A stretch of 63,779 bases of DNA, the filler included, from Deltaproteobacteria bacterium (GTDB lineage: Bacteria > JAUYMQ01): NCBI GenBank assembly GCA_030698575.1. It is 9 parts of 9 records of this genome, joined end to end, with 100 filler letters (N's around TTAATTAATTAA, not from the genome) between each part and the next. Parts side by side here need not be neighbours in the genome. Positions count along the whole stretch, not along the records: positions 14,754 to 28,527 come from JAUYMQ010000142.1; positions 28,628 to 31,790 come from JAUYMQ010000147.1; positions 31,891 to 36,351 come from JAUYMQ010000148.1; positions 36,452 to 57,113 come from JAUYMQ010000181.1; 5 more parts are not named here. One strand, given 5' to 3'. Position numbers and translations under genes: made by a program. Below the pieces are notes generated by a model. It was not told the origin of the DNA. It searched no databases and was given only the letters and a program-made list of their open reading frames with translations. Shown here piece by piece: positions 27,896-39,332 of this stretch; positions within the stretch are counted from its first letter, which is position 1, and each line of letters opens with the position of its first letter.

Positions 27896-28485
27896 TTCAC
27901 TTGTCGCTTCGCGGATTTCGGGCGCCGGGCCTTGGCGCCGTCGGGCTTCTTCTTACGCGGCTTGTCGAGCGCGGCCAGGATATCGGCGGTGTCGGCGTGG
28001 TCGCCGGCCTCTTTACTCCTCTGCGTGAAGAGCACCTTGCCCGCGGGCGTGATGACGAATACCCCACCCTGCTGCCACGGATCGCCCTTCACCGAGGTCT
28101 GCACGTTCCCACTGCTGAGCGCGCGCAGCCCATGCAGCATCGACCGCGGCCCGAGCGAGCTGATGAGCCCGCGCCGCAGCCCCGCCGCCCGATAGGCCTC
28201 GAGGGCCGGGTCGGTGAGCAGGGGGAATGTGATCTTCTGCTTCTCCTTGAAATCGCGGGCCTGCTCGGGCCGCCCGTTGCCGACGACCACCAGCTCCGCG
28301 CCGCGGTCGTGTATCTGTTTCAACTCGCCCCGCAGATCGGCCACCTGCTCCCGGCAGAAGAGGCAGCCGAAGTGCCGGATGAACGCCAGGACAACCGGCT
28401 TCTCCCCCCACATGTCCCCCAGCCGCACTTTCTTGCCCGACGGGTCGAGGAGATCGATGCCCGCCAGCTTGGTCGCAACGCTCAT
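27892..28485 (-). CDS. Peroxiredoxin-like protein (AhpC/TSA-2, PRXL2-like)
   Basis: LAFIRHFGCLFCRE, LLTDP, GDPWQQGGVFV, AGDHA. Confidence 0.85.
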   Translation of the reverse strand: MSVATKLAGIDLLDPSGKKVRLGDMWGEKPVVLAFIRHFGCLFCREQVADLRGELKQIHDRGAELVVVGNGRPEQARDFKEKQKITFPLLTDPALEAYRAAGLRRGLISSLGPRSMLHGLRALSSGNVQTSVKGDPWQQGGVFVITPAGKVLFTQRSKEAGDHADTADILAALDKPRKKKPDGAKARRPKSAKRQVK

Positions 28486-28627
28486 GGTCCATCCTCCCGG
28501 CCCCAGTATAGACCATAAGCCCCCACGNNNNNNNNNNNNNNNNNNNNNNNNNNNNNNNNNNNNNNNNNNNNTTAATTAATTAANNNNNNNNNNNNNNNNN
28601 NNNNNNNNNNNNNNNNNNNNNNNNNNN

Positions 28628-29517
<890 letters not shown>

Positions 29518-29838
29518 GACCCCATCCTCTCAAGCAATGGAGTCTCCGGCAATCCCGGGGCGGTTCAGACAGAAAATAGGATCTAGTGAGGCTCACGAAG
29601 CGGGACTGTATTGGGACCGGGCGAAGACTGCAACCCAACGGTCAGCCGCAGGATTGGTCCCTTACTGGGATTCCTTGGTTAACAGAAGTCCGAGTAGTGA
29701 AGTATTGTATGCCCCTAGCTTAATCAGCTTCCATCTAGTTCGAACGCCTCACGAAGTTCCGGACCAGGTTTATGAGCGTGGCGGTTGATACGAGTAGGCC
29801 GAAGGAATCGCCCGAATCATGCTCTGTTAAAGCCCTAG

Positions 29839-31178
29839 CAGGCTGCTGAAAAATGGTGTTGAAGCACGGATTTCATCCTCCCGCGAGTGGTGAACACCTT
29901 GGCGAGAGTCGGATGAACTGGAGCTGATGTCGTGTTTTTCGGTCCTCTCGGTGTGCAACTGCTAGGCGACAGGAATTCTCGAGGCCCGTGCGCGGTCTCC
30001 TTACCCCGTGTCCGCCAGGAGCGTGCGCATCCGGACGAGGTTGTAAGCCGCGGCGGCGAAGGTAAACATCCAGCCCACGCGGGCGACACCCCGGTGCCGC
30101 GTCTTGCGCATGAGGCCGACGGTCTTCAGCCACCCGAACACCTCTTCGATCCGCTTCCGTTTCCTCTGGCTCTCGGCGTATCCGGCGTGACGCGTCGTCC
30201 GCCCGTCGATCGCGCTCCGGCGGCCCGTCGTATGCTGGGCCACATGGGGTGTTGCGTTCATTTGGCGAAGGTTGTGGACGAAGTCCCGCGTATCAAACCC
30301 CTTGTCGGCTCCCACCGTCACCCGGGCCGCACCCCCGAGGCTCCCGACCAGCGTCAGCGCCGCTTCCCGCTCCGCAAAGCCCGTGGCCTGCGTGACCCAG
30401 CTGTCCTGCACCAGCCCGTGCCGGTTCTCCATGAGCAGGTGGCCGAGGTAGCAGAGCTTGGCCTCGCGGGAGTGCCCCTTTCGATACAGGCGCGAGTCGG
30501 GATCGGTCGTGGAGGCGTGGGTTTTGTTGCTTCGTTTCTGCCCGTGAAAATTCACCGTCGGGTTGCCCGGATCGTCCGGCGGAGGAGAGCCCGCGCCGCT
30601 CTTCTTCTTGAAGCTCTTCACCCCTGCCCAGGCCTCGATGAGCGTGCCGTCCACGGTGAAATGCTCGTCCGACAGGAGCCCCCGCTCGCGCCCCTGGGCC
30701 AGCACCTGCTCGAAGAAGGCCTGAGCTATTTCCCCGGCCAGGAGCCGCTCGCGGTTCTTGGTGAACACCGTGGGGTCCCACACGGCATCATCCATACTGA
30801 GTCCCACGAACCACCGGAACAGCAGGTTGTAGTCGAGCTCTTCCATCAGAAGGCGCTCGCTGCGCACCGTGTACAGCACCTGCAGGAGGAGCGCCCGGAG
30901 CAGCTTCTCCGGAGCGATGGAGGGGCGGCCGACGCGGGCATACAATCCCTCCAATCGGGGCGAAAGCTCCACGAGCGCCGCGTCCACCATCGACCGGATG
31001 GCGCGCAGCGGGTGGTCCTGGGGAACACGGGCTTCCGGCGAGAGGTAGCTGAACATCCCGGACTGCTGACGATCGTCGCCCCGCATACGATGAACCTCCT
31101 TCGGCAAAATGTGGAAGCTCATCCTATGCGAACTGATTCCGTGATGGCCAGCAAAAACTCGAGTTTTTCAGCAGCCTG
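29839..31178 (-). mobile_element. Complete IS5 family element (1340 bp) flanked by CTAG on both sides
   Basis: Perfect 15-bp IRs CAGGCTGCTGAAAAA (29839) and TTTTTCAGCAGCCTG (31164-31178); CTAG at 29835-29838 and 31179-31182. Confidence 0.9.
30001..31086 (-). CDS. IS5 family DDE transposase
   Basis: GRPSIAPEKLLRALLLQ, LLFRWFVGL, FTVDGTLIEA, GADKGFD, RKRIEEVFGWLK. Confidence 0.92.
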   Translation of the reverse strand: MRGDDRQQSGMFSYLSPEARVPQDHPLRAIRSMVDAALVELSPRLEGLYARVGRPSIAPEKLLRALLLQVLYTVRSERLLMEELDYNLLFRWFVGLSMDDAVWDPTVFTKNRERLLAGEIAQAFFEQVLAQGRERGLLSDEHFTVDGTLIEAWAGVKSFKKKSGAGSPPPDDPGNPTVNFHGQKRSNKTHASTTDPDSRLYRKGHSREAKLCYLGHLLMENRHGLVQDSWVTQATGFAEREAALTLVGSLGGAARVTVGADKGFDTRDFVHNLRQMNATPHVAQHTTGRRSAIDGRTTRHAGYAESQRKRKRIEEVFGWLKTVGLMRKTRHRGVARVGWMFTFAAAAYNLVRMRTLLADTG

Positions 31179-31790
31179 CTAGTTCCCCAGGAGCTTCCCG
31201 ATCGGGGAGCGGTAGAGCAAGTTCACTGCGCGGCGAACCAGATTCATCTTGCCCTTCGTGTAGGGGTACCAGAAGAGCTCGGACTTGGTTCCGAAGCGAT
31301 CGATGAGCACGCCCTGCACGTGGCAGTAGCTCTTGAGCCCCATCTCGCCGTTCACCCGCCCGATCCCGCTCTCCTTCACCCCGCCGAAGGGGTTTTCCGC
31401 CACGCCGTAGTTGATCACGCAGTCGTTGACCGTCGAGCATCCGGAATTGATCCGGTTTGCCAGCGCCTTCCCCTTTCGCTTGTCCCGGGTCCAGACGTTG
31501 GAGTTCAGCCCGTAGGTCGTGTCGTTCGCGAGCTGGAGCGCCTCCTCGTCGTCGCGGACGACCTGGATCGGCAGGATGGGCCCGAAGGTCTCCTCGCGCA
31601 TGATCTGCATGCCATGGTTCACGTCCGTCAGCACGGTGGGCTCGTAGAAATTCCCCTTGAACTTCGGGTTCCGCCTGCCGCCGGTGAGCACCTTTGCCCC
31701 TTTGTCGACGGCGTCCTTCATGTGTTCCTCGATGATGTCGAGCTGCGGCCCGAAGCAGATCGCGCCGACATCCACCTCGCCCTCCGAGTT
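31179..31790 (-). CDS. Aldehyde dehydrogenase, 5' truncated
   Basis: YEPTVL, REETFGP, LANDTTYGL, PFGGVKESGIGR. Confidence 0.92.
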   Translation of the reverse strand, partial: NSEGEVDVGAICFGPQLDIIEEHMKDAVDKGAKVLTGGRRNPKFKGNFYEPTVLTDVNHGMQIMREETFGPILPIQVVRDDEEALQLANDTTYGLNSNVWTRDKRKGKALANRINSGCSTVNDCVINYGVAENPFGGVKESGIGRVNGEMGLKSYCHVQGVLIDRFGTKSELFWYPYTKGKMNLVRRAVNLLYRSPIGKLLGN

Positions 31791-31892
31791 NNNNNNNNNN
31801 NNNNNNNNNNNNNNNNNNNNNNNNNNNNNNNNNNTTAATTAATTAANNNNNNNNNNNNNNNNNNNNNNNNNNNNNNNNNNNNNNNNNNNNGC

Positions 31893-32249
31893 TTCTCCGT
31901 GCGGCGGGAGGCGAGGAAGGGGATCTTCGACGAGGAAACCCTGCGTGAGTACACGGGATGGATGACGGCGGACGCCGCGGGGCCGGCCTTCCTGTTGCGC
32001 TTCTATGCGGACTACCGCGTAGCGCCGCGCCGGGAGCTGGCGAAGGCGCTTGCGAACATACGTCGCCCGGTGGCTGTCATCTGGGGGGAACGCGACATTT
32101 TTCTGCCCGTACGAACCGCGCTTGAGCTGGCAGCGGCGATGCCCGACGCGGAACTATCGCTCATCGAGGGTGCCGGCCACTTCATCATGGAGGAGCGTCC
32201 CGCGGATGTCCTTCGGGCCCTCGAGAAACTCCTCGCCCGCCCGGCCTGA
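31893..32249 (+). CDS. Alpha/beta hydrolase, 5' truncated
   Basis: PVAVIWGERD, IEGAGHFIMEERP. Confidence 0.85.
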   Translation, partial: FSVRREARKGIFDEETLREYTGWMTADAAGPAFLLRFYADYRVAPRRELAKALANIRRPVAVIWGERDIFLPVRTALELAAAMPDAELSLIEGAGHFIMEERPADVLRALEKLLARPA

Positions 32250-32279
32250 TGCGGCAGGGCATGTAGTGCGAGAAGGAGA

Positions 32280-32774
32280 TTGATGATGCACTCGAGCAGC
32301 AGCCATTCCGATGAAACCGGCGAAGCAGCCATCTCTTCACAGGCAGAGCGTTTCGTCGAAGGATTCCGCGCCGCCTGGGCGGCGCCGCGTATCGAGCAGT
32401 TGACCGCGCTTCTTCACCCGAAGGTTCGTCTCTATCAGCCCGTCACCCCGCCGGCCATCGGCTTCGAGGCGGCGGCGCAAAGCCTGCAGCAGGTCCTCGA
32501 GCTGATGCCGGACATCCGAGGAGAAGTGCATCGCTGGAGCGCGCAGGGCGATGCGGTCTATATCGAATTCACGTTCACAGCAACGATCGGCGGCCGTCCG
32601 TTCCGCTGGAAGCTTGTTGATCGGTTCACCCTCGAGGGCGGCCTCGCCATCGAGCGCGTTTCCTTCTTCGACCCGCTGCCCCTCCTCGCCGCCGTTCTGA
32701 CCCGTCCCTCCGCCTGGAAGCGCTGGTGGCGGATGGGATTATCCGCCTTCCGGAGCCCATCAGGGGCCGCCTGA
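32280..32774 (+). CDS. SnoaL/NTF2-like protein
   Basis: FRAAW, LLHPKV, VYIEF, VDRFTL, ERVSFFDP; AGGAG RBS. Confidence 0.78.
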   Translation: MMMHSSSSHSDETGEAAISSQAERFVEGFRAAWAAPRIEQLTALLHPKVRLYQPVTPPAIGFEAAAQSLQQVLELMPDIRGEVHRWSAQGDAVYIEFTFTATIGGRPFRWKLVDRFTLEGGLAIERVSFFDPLPLLAAVLTRPSAWKRWWRMGLSAFRSPSGAA

Positions 32775-32991
32775 AGCACACCCGCCCGGCCGGCCGGGCC
32801 ACCCTCCCGGGCGTGGTACCGGGGCTGCGGAAAAACCCCTGCCCCGGGCTGATCTCACTCGTTTTCCGTGGTAATGTAGGGACGAAATTTTCGGGATCGA
32901 GCGCGCCAGCCTTGAGATCCCTGCGCGAGCGTTTTCGCGAAAACACCGCGGGCTGCCGCGCATGGCACGGTGCAGGCGCAGCGGGGAGACG

Positions 32992-34785
32992 ATGAATACC
33001 TCTCATAAGAAACTCCTGGCCTGGGTCGACGAAACCGCGAAGCTCTGCACACCGGAGCGAGTCGTGTGGTGTGACGGCTCGGAGCGCGAGTACGACGAAC
33101 TTTGCGAATTGATGGTCGCGAACGGCATGGCGCGCCGCCTCGACGGCAAGAAACGGCCGAACAGCTTTCTCTTCTGGTCAGACCCGGCTGACGTCGCCCG
33201 CGTCGAGGACCGCACGCTCATCTGCAGTGAAAAGCAGGAAGACGCGGGCCCTACCAACAACTGGCGCGATCCGAAGGAGATGCGGGAGATCCTCAAGAAG
33301 CACTTCTCGGGGTGCATGCAGGGGAGGACGATGTACGTCATCCCCTACTCCATGGGCCCGGTAGGTTCACCGCAAGCGCGAATCGGGATCGAAATCACCG
33401 ACTCTCCGTACGTCGTGGTCAACATGCGAATCATGTCCCGAATGGGAACGAAGGTGCTCGAGGTCCTCGGGAGTGATGGCGAGTTCATTCCGGGAACGCA
33501 CTCGGTCGGAGCCCCGCTCGCACCCGGCGAAAAGGACGTGCCCTGGCCCTGCAATGCCGACAACAAGTGGATCGTTCACTTCCCGGAGACCCGCGAAATC
33601 TGGTCCTACGGATCGGGATACGGCGGCAACGCCTTGCTTGGCAAGAAGTGCCTCGCGCTGCGCATCGCTTCGGCCATCGCCCGCGACGAAGGCTGGATGG
33701 CCGAGCACATGCTCATCCTGAAGCTGACTTCCCCCGAAAAGCAGGTACGCTACATCTGCGCGGCCTTCCCCAGCGCCTCGGGCAAGACGAACCTCGCGAT
33801 GCTGAACCCCACCCTCGAGGGGTGGAAGGCCGAGACGGTGGGGGACGACATCGCCTGGCTCCAGTTCAAGGAGGACGGCCGGCTTTACGCCATCAACCCG
33901 GAAGCGGGTTTCTTCGGAGTGGCTCCGGGCACCAACGTCGAGACCAATCCGAATGCCATGGGCACCTTGCACGAGAACTGCCTCTTCACGAACTGCGCGC
34001 TGACCCCGGATGGAGACGTCTGGTGGGAAGGGATGACGCGGACCGTCCCCGCGAATCTGAAGAACTGGCACGGCAAGCCCTGGAAAGCCGAGAGCGCCAT
34101 TCATGCCGCCCATCCTAACGCCCGATTCACCGCGCCCGCCGCGCAATGCCCCATCATCGCGCCGGAATGGGAGGATCCCGCCGGCGTGCCGATCAGCGCC
34201 ATCCTCTTCGGGGGGCGGCGCGCCACGGTGGTCCCGCTCGCCACGGAAGCGCGAAGCTGGCAGCACGGGACGTTCCTCGGATCGATCGTCAGCTCCGAGA
34301 AGACCGCCGCGGCCGAGGGGCGCGTGGGTGAGCTGCGGCACGACCCGATGGCCATGCTCCCCTTCTGCGGATACAACATGGCCGACTACTGGAGCCACTG
34401 GCTGGCCATCGGCAAGAAGTCCGGCGCCCGGCTCCCGAAGATCTTCTTGGTGAACTGGTTTCGGAAGTGTCCGGAGGGCGAGTTCCTCTGGCCCGGATTC
34501 GGCGAGAACACCCGCGTGCTCAAGTGGATCTTCGGCCGCTGCGACGGGACCGCCGGGGCCGCCGATACCCCCCTCGGTCACATTCCACGGCCCGAGGACC
34601 TCGATCTGTCCGGCCTCTCGATCGAAGATCAAGAGCTGGGGCAGTTGCTCTCGCCGGATATCGAGGGTGCACTCGGCGAGATCGAAGGCACGCGCGAGTT
34701 CTACGCAAAGTTCGGCAACCGTCTTCCCGACGAGATGAGCCAGGAGCTGGATGCCCTCGAGAAGCGCCTCAAGGAAGCGCTCTAG
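32992..34785 (+). CDS. pckG: Phosphoenolpyruvate carboxykinase (GTP)
   Basis: [59 protein letters not shown]. Confidence 0.96.
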   Translation: MNTSHKKLLAWVDETAKLCTPERVVWCDGSEREYDELCELMVANGMARRLDGKKRPNSFLFWSDPADVARVEDRTLICSEKQEDAGPTNNWRDPKEMREILKKHFSGCMQGRTMYVIPYSMGPVGSPQARIGIEITDSPYVVVNMRIMSRMGTKVLEVLGSDGEFIPGTHSVGAPLAPGEKDVPWPCNADNKWIVHFPETREIWSYGSGYGGNALLGKKCLALRIASAIARDEGWMAEHMLILKLTSPEKQVRYICAAFPSASGKTNLAMLNPTLEGWKAETVGDDIAWLQFKEDGRLYAINPEAGFFGVAPGTNVETNPNAMGTLHENCLFTNCALTPDGDVWWEGMTRTVPANLKNWHGKPWKAESAIHAAHPNARFTAPAAQCPIIAPEWEDPAGVPISAILFGGRRATVVPLATEARSWQHGTFLGSIVSSEKTAAAEGRVGELRHDPMAMLPFCGYNMADYWSHWLAIGKKSGARLPKIFLVNWFRKCPEGEFLWPGFGENTRVLKWIFGRCDGTAGAADTPLGHIPRPEDLDLSGLSIEDQELGQLLSPDIEGALGEIEGTREFYAKFGNRLPDEMSQELDALEKRLKEAL

Positions 34786-35419
34786 CGGGCGCCTCCGGCA
34801 GAAGCGGCGATGCGGCTGGGCGGCGGGCAGCGACCTGATGGTCCGCTACCACGACGAGGAATGGGGCGTCCCGTCCCACGACGACCGCCATCTCTTCGAA
34901 ATGCTCATCCTCGAAGGCGCGCAGGCCGGTCTCAGCTGGCGCACCATTCTCGAGAAGCGGGCCGGCTATCGCCGGGCGTTCTCGCGCTTCAACCCCCGGC
35001 TCATCGCACGATACGGTCCCTCGGACCGCGCCCGTCTTCTCCGGGATCCGGGGATCGTCCGGAACCGCCTCAAGATCGCGTCTACGATCACAAACGCCCG
35101 CGCCTTCCTCGACGTCACCCGCGAGTTCGGTTCCTTCGACGCCTACATCTGGCGGTTCACCGCCGGCCGTCCCATCCGCAAAGTCCGCCGCATGCTCAGG
35201 CAGGTACCCGCGAAAACCCCCGAGGCGGAGGCCATGAGCCAGGATCTCAAGGCCCGGAGTTTCCGCTTCGTGGGCCCGACGATCTGCTACGCCTTCATGC
35301 AGGCCGTGGGGATGGCCGACGATCACCTGACCGACTGCTTCCGGCACAGGCCGATCGCCGGCCGGAAGGCGCCCCGCCGCAACCGGAAGCCGTCAAAGAA
35401 GTTCCTCTTGAAAAGATAG
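34751..35419 (+). CDS. tag: DNA-3-methyladenine glycosylase I (start uncertain)
   Basis: [51 protein letters not shown]. Confidence 0.93.
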   Translation: MPSRSASRKRSSGRLRQKRRCGWAAGSDLMVRYHDEEWGVPSHDDRHLFEMLILEGAQAGLSWRTILEKRAGYRRAFSRFNPRLIARYGPSDRARLLRDPGIVRNRLKIASTITNARAFLDVTREFGSFDAYIWRFTAGRPIRKVRRMLRQVPAKTPEAEAMSQDLKARSFRFVGPTICYAFMQAVGMADDHLTDCFRHRPIAGRKAPRRNRKPSKKFLLKR

Positions 35420-35428
35420 GAGGCCCCC

Positions 35429-35668
35429 GTGGGAGCGAAATCCTACTGCCTGGTCAGCGCCGTGGTGTTCGGGCTCGTGGCGATCGCACATCTTCTGAGA
35501 GTGATCTATCGCTGGCCGATTGCCGTGGAGGCATGGTCGATACCGCTTTGGATCTCCTGGGTGGCCGTTCCCGTCGCGGTGGCGCTCTCGATCTGGGGCA
35601 TCTGGATGTGGAACGTTGAGGGAGGGCCCCGGGAGGGGCCTGGCGGGGGAATCCCGAGGCTCGACTAA
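35429..35668 (+). CDS. Small two-TM membrane protein
   Basis: AGGAGG RBS; VFGLVAIAHLLR and WISWVAV hydrophobic segments. Confidence 0.65.
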   Translation: MGAKSYCLVSAVVFGLVAIAHLLRVIYRWPIAVEAWSIPLWISWVAVPVAVALSIWGIWMWNVEGGPREGPGGGIPRLD

Positions 35669-35678
35669 GGATGAAAAA

Positions 35679-35951
35679 ATGGATCTCAAGCTCTTCGCTA
35701 CGGTTTTCCTGACCATCTTCGTCGCCGAAATCGGCGACAAGACGCAACTGGCGACCCTGCTCTACGCCGCCGAGGCCCGGAATCCGAAGCTCACGGTTTT
35801 CGCCGCCGCGGCCGCCGCGCTCATCGTCGCCTCCGCCCTGGGGGTGCTCGGCGGAGCAGTCGTCTCGAGGTACGTGGACCCGCGGGTGCTGAGGTGGGTT
35901 GCAGGCGCGGGCTTCATCGCCGTGGGGCTCTGGACGATCCTCCGATCCTGA
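35679..35951 (+). CDS. TMEM165/GDT1 (UPF0016) family half-size protein
   Basis: AEIGDKTQLA signature; 90 aa, 3 TMs. Confidence 0.88.
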   Translation: MDLKLFATVFLTIFVAEIGDKTQLATLLYAAEARNPKLTVFAAAAAALIVASALGVLGGAVVSRYVDPRVLRWVAGAGFIAVGLWTILRS

Positions 35952-36351
35952 TCGGATAGCGACGCTCGCCCAGACGAAAATCATAGCCTCCGGCGCTCGG
36001 GCTCTCCTCGATACAGCGCGCCATCTCGTAATAGGCATTCCGGTTGAAGCGCGCCTCGTGGGCGCCTCCCTTCACCCGGCAGTGGAGGTATCTCCCCTCC
36101 ACAAGTTCCAGCGTCTCCGCATCGAGCACCTCCTCGGATCCGTCCGACAACCCGATCCGCACGCCCCCAGCTTCGATCTCCACGCGCCGCACGAAATATG
36201 GCGTGGCATGGAGCAGCACGGGGCATTCCTCCTTCCCCATCCGCAGCAGATAATTCCCCTGTGCGTTGCGCGCGAGTGATTGCCAGAAGAGTTCGACCGT
36301 CCGCGCGTGCGTGATCTCGGCCCCGTCGTTCAGCCAGCGCCCCTCGCCGTC
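35914..36351 (-). CDS. DUF1285-like protein, 5' truncated
   Basis: DGEGRWLNDGAEITH, TPYFV, HCRVK, ARFNRNAYY. Confidence 0.65.
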   Translation of the reverse strand, partial: DGEGRWLNDGAEITHARTVELFWQSLARNAQGNYLLRMGKEECPVLLHATPYFVRRVEIEAGGVRIGLSDGSEEVLDAETLELVEGRYLHCRVKGGAHEARFNRNAYYEMARCIEESPSAGGYDFRLGERRYPIRIGGSSRAPRR

Positions 36352-36453
36352 NNNNNNNNNNNNNNNNNNNNNNNNNNNNNNNNNNNNNNNNNNNNTTAAT
36401 TAATTAANNNNNNNNNNNNNNNNNNNNNNNNNNNNNNNNNNNNNNNNNNNNAG

Positions 36454-37104
36454 TACGCCATCCGTCTGCCTGGACCGGACCGCGACCCGGCGGCCTGCAT
36501 CTGGCTGCCCATCGATTCCAAGTTTCCCCAGGAAGACTATCTCCGGCTCTCGGAGGCCGCCGAGAAGGGTGATCAGGAGGGGGTTCAGCGAGCCAGCGCG
36601 GAGCTTGCCCGATCGATCCGCAAGGCCGCGAAGGACGTCTCGGAGAAGTACCTCGACCCACCCCGCACCACCGATTTCGCCCTCTTGTTCCTGCCGACCG
36701 AGGGCCTGTACGCGGAGGTGCTCAGGTATCCGGGGCTGATCGAGGAACTGCAGGGGGCACACCGCGTGGTCCTCTCGGGACCCACGACGCTGGCCGCGAT
36801 CCTCAACAGCCTGCATATGGGATTCAGGACGCTCGCGATCGAGAAGCGCGCCAGCGAGGTCTGGAAGGTGCTGGCCGCGGTGAAGACCGAGTTCGGGAAG
36901 TTCGGCGGGGTGCTCGACAAGGTCAAGAAGCAGCTCAATAGCGCGAGCCGGACGATCGAGGAGACCGGCGTGCGAACCCGCGCCATGGAGAAAAGATTGA
37001 GAGAGGTCGAGCAGCTCCCCGGCGAGGAGGCCGAGAAAGTGCTCGAACTTTCCGGGGCCGACGAAGATCCCGACGACGAAGACGAAACCGAGGAAGAGAT
37101 CTGA
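36454..37104 (+). CDS. rmuC: DNA recombination protein RmuC, 5' truncated
   Basis: LPIDSKFPQEDY, TTDFALLFLPTEGLYAE, GPTTLAAILNSLHMGFRTL. Confidence 0.92.
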   Translation, partial: YAIRLPGPDRDPAACIWLPIDSKFPQEDYLRLSEAAEKGDQEGVQRASAELARSIRKAAKDVSEKYLDPPRTTDFALLFLPTEGLYAEVLRYPGLIEELQGAHRVVLSGPTTLAAILNSLHMGFRTLAIEKRASEVWKVLAAVKTEFGKFGGVLDKVKKQLNSASRTIEETGVRTRAMEKRLREVEQLPGEEAEKVLELSGADEDPDDEDETEEEI

Positions 37105-37114
37105 CGCACGGATC

Positions 37115-39115
37115 TCAGCCCGGCGCCTCCCCCCCCCTTCCCTCGTCCATCCACTGGTAGCGATCGTAAAGGCGATCTCGCTCGCCCTTGAGCGCCTGGT
37201 ACTCGCTCAGCGTGGCCTCGAAGCCCGCCGGATCTTCGTAGAGGCCGGGATCGGCGAGGCGGGCCTCGATCTCCGCAAGGCGTTTCTCGGCCTGGCCGAT
37301 CCTACCCTCGAGCTTCTCCAGATCACGGTTGTGGCGCGCTTCTTTGCGCGCCTCGGCTTTCTCGGACTCGCGCGCGCGTATCCGCGCCTCTTTCGCGGTG
37401 CCGCCGGCTGGCGCCGCCCCACCGGTAGTCGCCTCCCCCGCGTCCTCCTTCTTCACCTTCTTTCGCGCCGCCTTCCCCGCACGTGCCGGTGAGGACCCCT
37501 CCGCCGCGGCGTCCCGCGCCTTCCGCTCCAGGAAGTCCTCGTAGTTACCCGGGTAGTGATGAATCTCGCCCTGGCCGACCTCGAATACGTGCTGTGAGAG
37601 CCGGTTCAGGAAATGGCGATCGTGGGAGACGAACAGGACCGTACCGGAATAGGTCAGCAGCGCCTCGAGCAGGACGTCCTTGGCCTCGAGATCGAGATGG
37701 TTTGTGGGCTCGTCCAGCAAGAGGACATTGGCGGGCCGAAGCAGCATGAGCGCAAGGGCAAGGCGGTTGCGCTCACCGCCGGAAAGCACGGCCACCCGCT
37801 TGTTGACATCGTCACCCCGGAAGAGAAAGGAGCCGAGGATCGTCCTGAGCTGCGGGACGATATCGAGCGGCGCGCCCTCGGTCATCGTCTCGAGCACCGT
37901 GCGATCCGGATCAAGTGTGCGAGATTGATCCTGGGCAAAATAGTCGATCTCGACGATGTGCCCCAACTTGTGCACGCCGTCCGTCAGCGGCTCCACTCCC
38001 GCCAGCATCTTGAGCAGGGTAGATTTTCCGGCGCCGTTCGGGCCAACAAGCGCCGCCTTGATCCCGCGCTCGAGCATGAAATCAACCTGCCGGTAGACCT
38101 CGAGATCGCCGTAACGCTTCGAGGCCCCTTCGAGCGTGAGCACCGTGCGGCCGGACTTCTTCGGCTGAGGAAACCGAAAATGGATCTGCTCCCGCCCTTC
38201 CGGCGGTTCCACGCGTTCGAGCTTCTCGAGATACTTGACCCGGCTCTGCACGAGAGCCGCCTTCGAGGCCTGGTAACGAAAACGGTTGATGAACATCTGG
38301 ATGCGCTCGATCTCCTCGCGCTGCTTCCGGTAGGCTTCCCAGGCCACGAGCCGTCGGTTCTCGCGCTCCTGCTCGAAACGCGAGTAGTCGGTGTGATAGA
38401 CGGAGAGCTTTCCGCCGGATATCTCCACGATGTGATCGATCGTGACATCCATGAAGTAACGATCGTGCGAAACGACGACGACCGCGCCCGGATAGTCCGC
38501 AAGAAACGCCTCCAGCCAGTTCCGCGCTTCGAGATCGAGGTGGTTCGTAGGCTCGTCGAGCAGGAGGACCGTGGGTCGGAGCAGAAGAAGCTTCGCCAGG
38601 GCTATGCGCATCTGCCAGCCGCCGGAGTAGGTCCGGGTGTCGCGCTCGAAATCTCCGGACGCGAACCCGAGGCCGAGCAGGATCGCCTGGGCGCGCGCCT
38701 CGAGATCGTAGCCCCCCAGGCGCTGGAACTCGGCCTGATGATCGCCGTACCGGCGCAAAAGATCCTCGTGGCCCGGGTCGCCGGCCGCGCCTCCCTCCAG
38801 CTTGCCCTCGATGTCGCGTACGGCGGCCTCACAGGCGCGCACCTGCGGGCAGGCATCGGTTACCTCGCGCAGCAGCGTTCGCCCGCCGGCTTCGAGCCCG
38901 TCCTGGGGGAGGTATCCGGCGGTCTCGCTCCGGCCGATCGAGCGATCCCCGTCGTCCGGCGCGACGATGCCGGCCATGATCTTCATCAGCGTGCTCTTGC
39001 CAGAGCCATTCATGCCCACGAGGCCCAGACGGTCGCGTCCCTGCACCATCAGGGAAACCTCGTCGAGGACCTTGCGGGAGCCGAATTGCTTGGAGAGTCG
39101 TGTCAGCTGAAGCAT
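37115..39115 (-). CDS. ABC-F family ATPase
   Basis: Two ABC cassettes (GMNGSGKS / GPNGAGKS, SGGWQMR / LSGGE, LDEPTNHLD twice), no TMs, C-terminal coiled coil. Confidence 0.93.
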   Translation of the reverse strand: MLQLTRLSKQFGSRKVLDEVSLMVQGRDRLGLVGMNGSGKSTLMKIMAGIVAPDDGDRSIGRSETAGYLPQDGLEAGGRTLLREVTDACPQVRACEAAVRDIEGKLEGGAAGDPGHEDLLRRYGDHQAEFQRLGGYDLEARAQAILLGLGFASGDFERDTRTYSGGWQMRIALAKLLLLRPTVLLLDEPTNHLDLEARNWLEAFLADYPGAVVVVSHDRYFMDVTIDHIVEISGGKLSVYHTDYSRFEQERENRRLVAWEAYRKQREEIERIQMFINRFRYQASKAALVQSRVKYLEKLERVEPPEGREQIHFRFPQPKKSGRTVLTLEGASKRYGDLEVYRQVDFMLERGIKAALVGPNGAGKSTLLKMLAGVEPLTDGVHKLGHIVEIDYFAQDQSRTLDPDRTVLETMTEGAPLDIVPQLRTILGSFLFRGDDVNKRVAVLSGGERNRLALALMLLRPANVLLLDEPTNHLDLEAKDVLLEALLTYSGTVLFVSHDRHFLNRLSQHVFEVGQGEIHHYPGNYEDFLERKARDAAAEGSSPARAGKAARKKVKKEDAGEATTGGAAPAGGTAKEARIRARESEKAEARKEARHNRDLEKLEGRIGQAEKRLAEIEARLADPGLYEDPAGFEATLSEYQALKGERDRLYDRYQWMDEGRGGEAPG

Positions 39116-39332
39116 GTCGCGATTCCTTTTGAGCGCGAGATGATAGCGCAGCACCCCGGTCGCGACCAGCAAGCGCCGCATGCAGTGACGCCAACGGCCG
39201 CGGCCGGCCCAGAGCAGGCCGGCCGGCGGAGGCTTCCACCCGGACGAAACCGGCTCCCGTTCCGGCACGGCCTGGCAGCGGCCTGCCGCGCGTGAAGGAG
39301 CCGATCCCTTCGGGTGATTGATGCGGTGAGGA

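Noticed and set aside
27892-28485. Selenocysteine in the peroxiredoxin-like protein
   Set aside because: The motif is plain CLFC with no in-frame TGA
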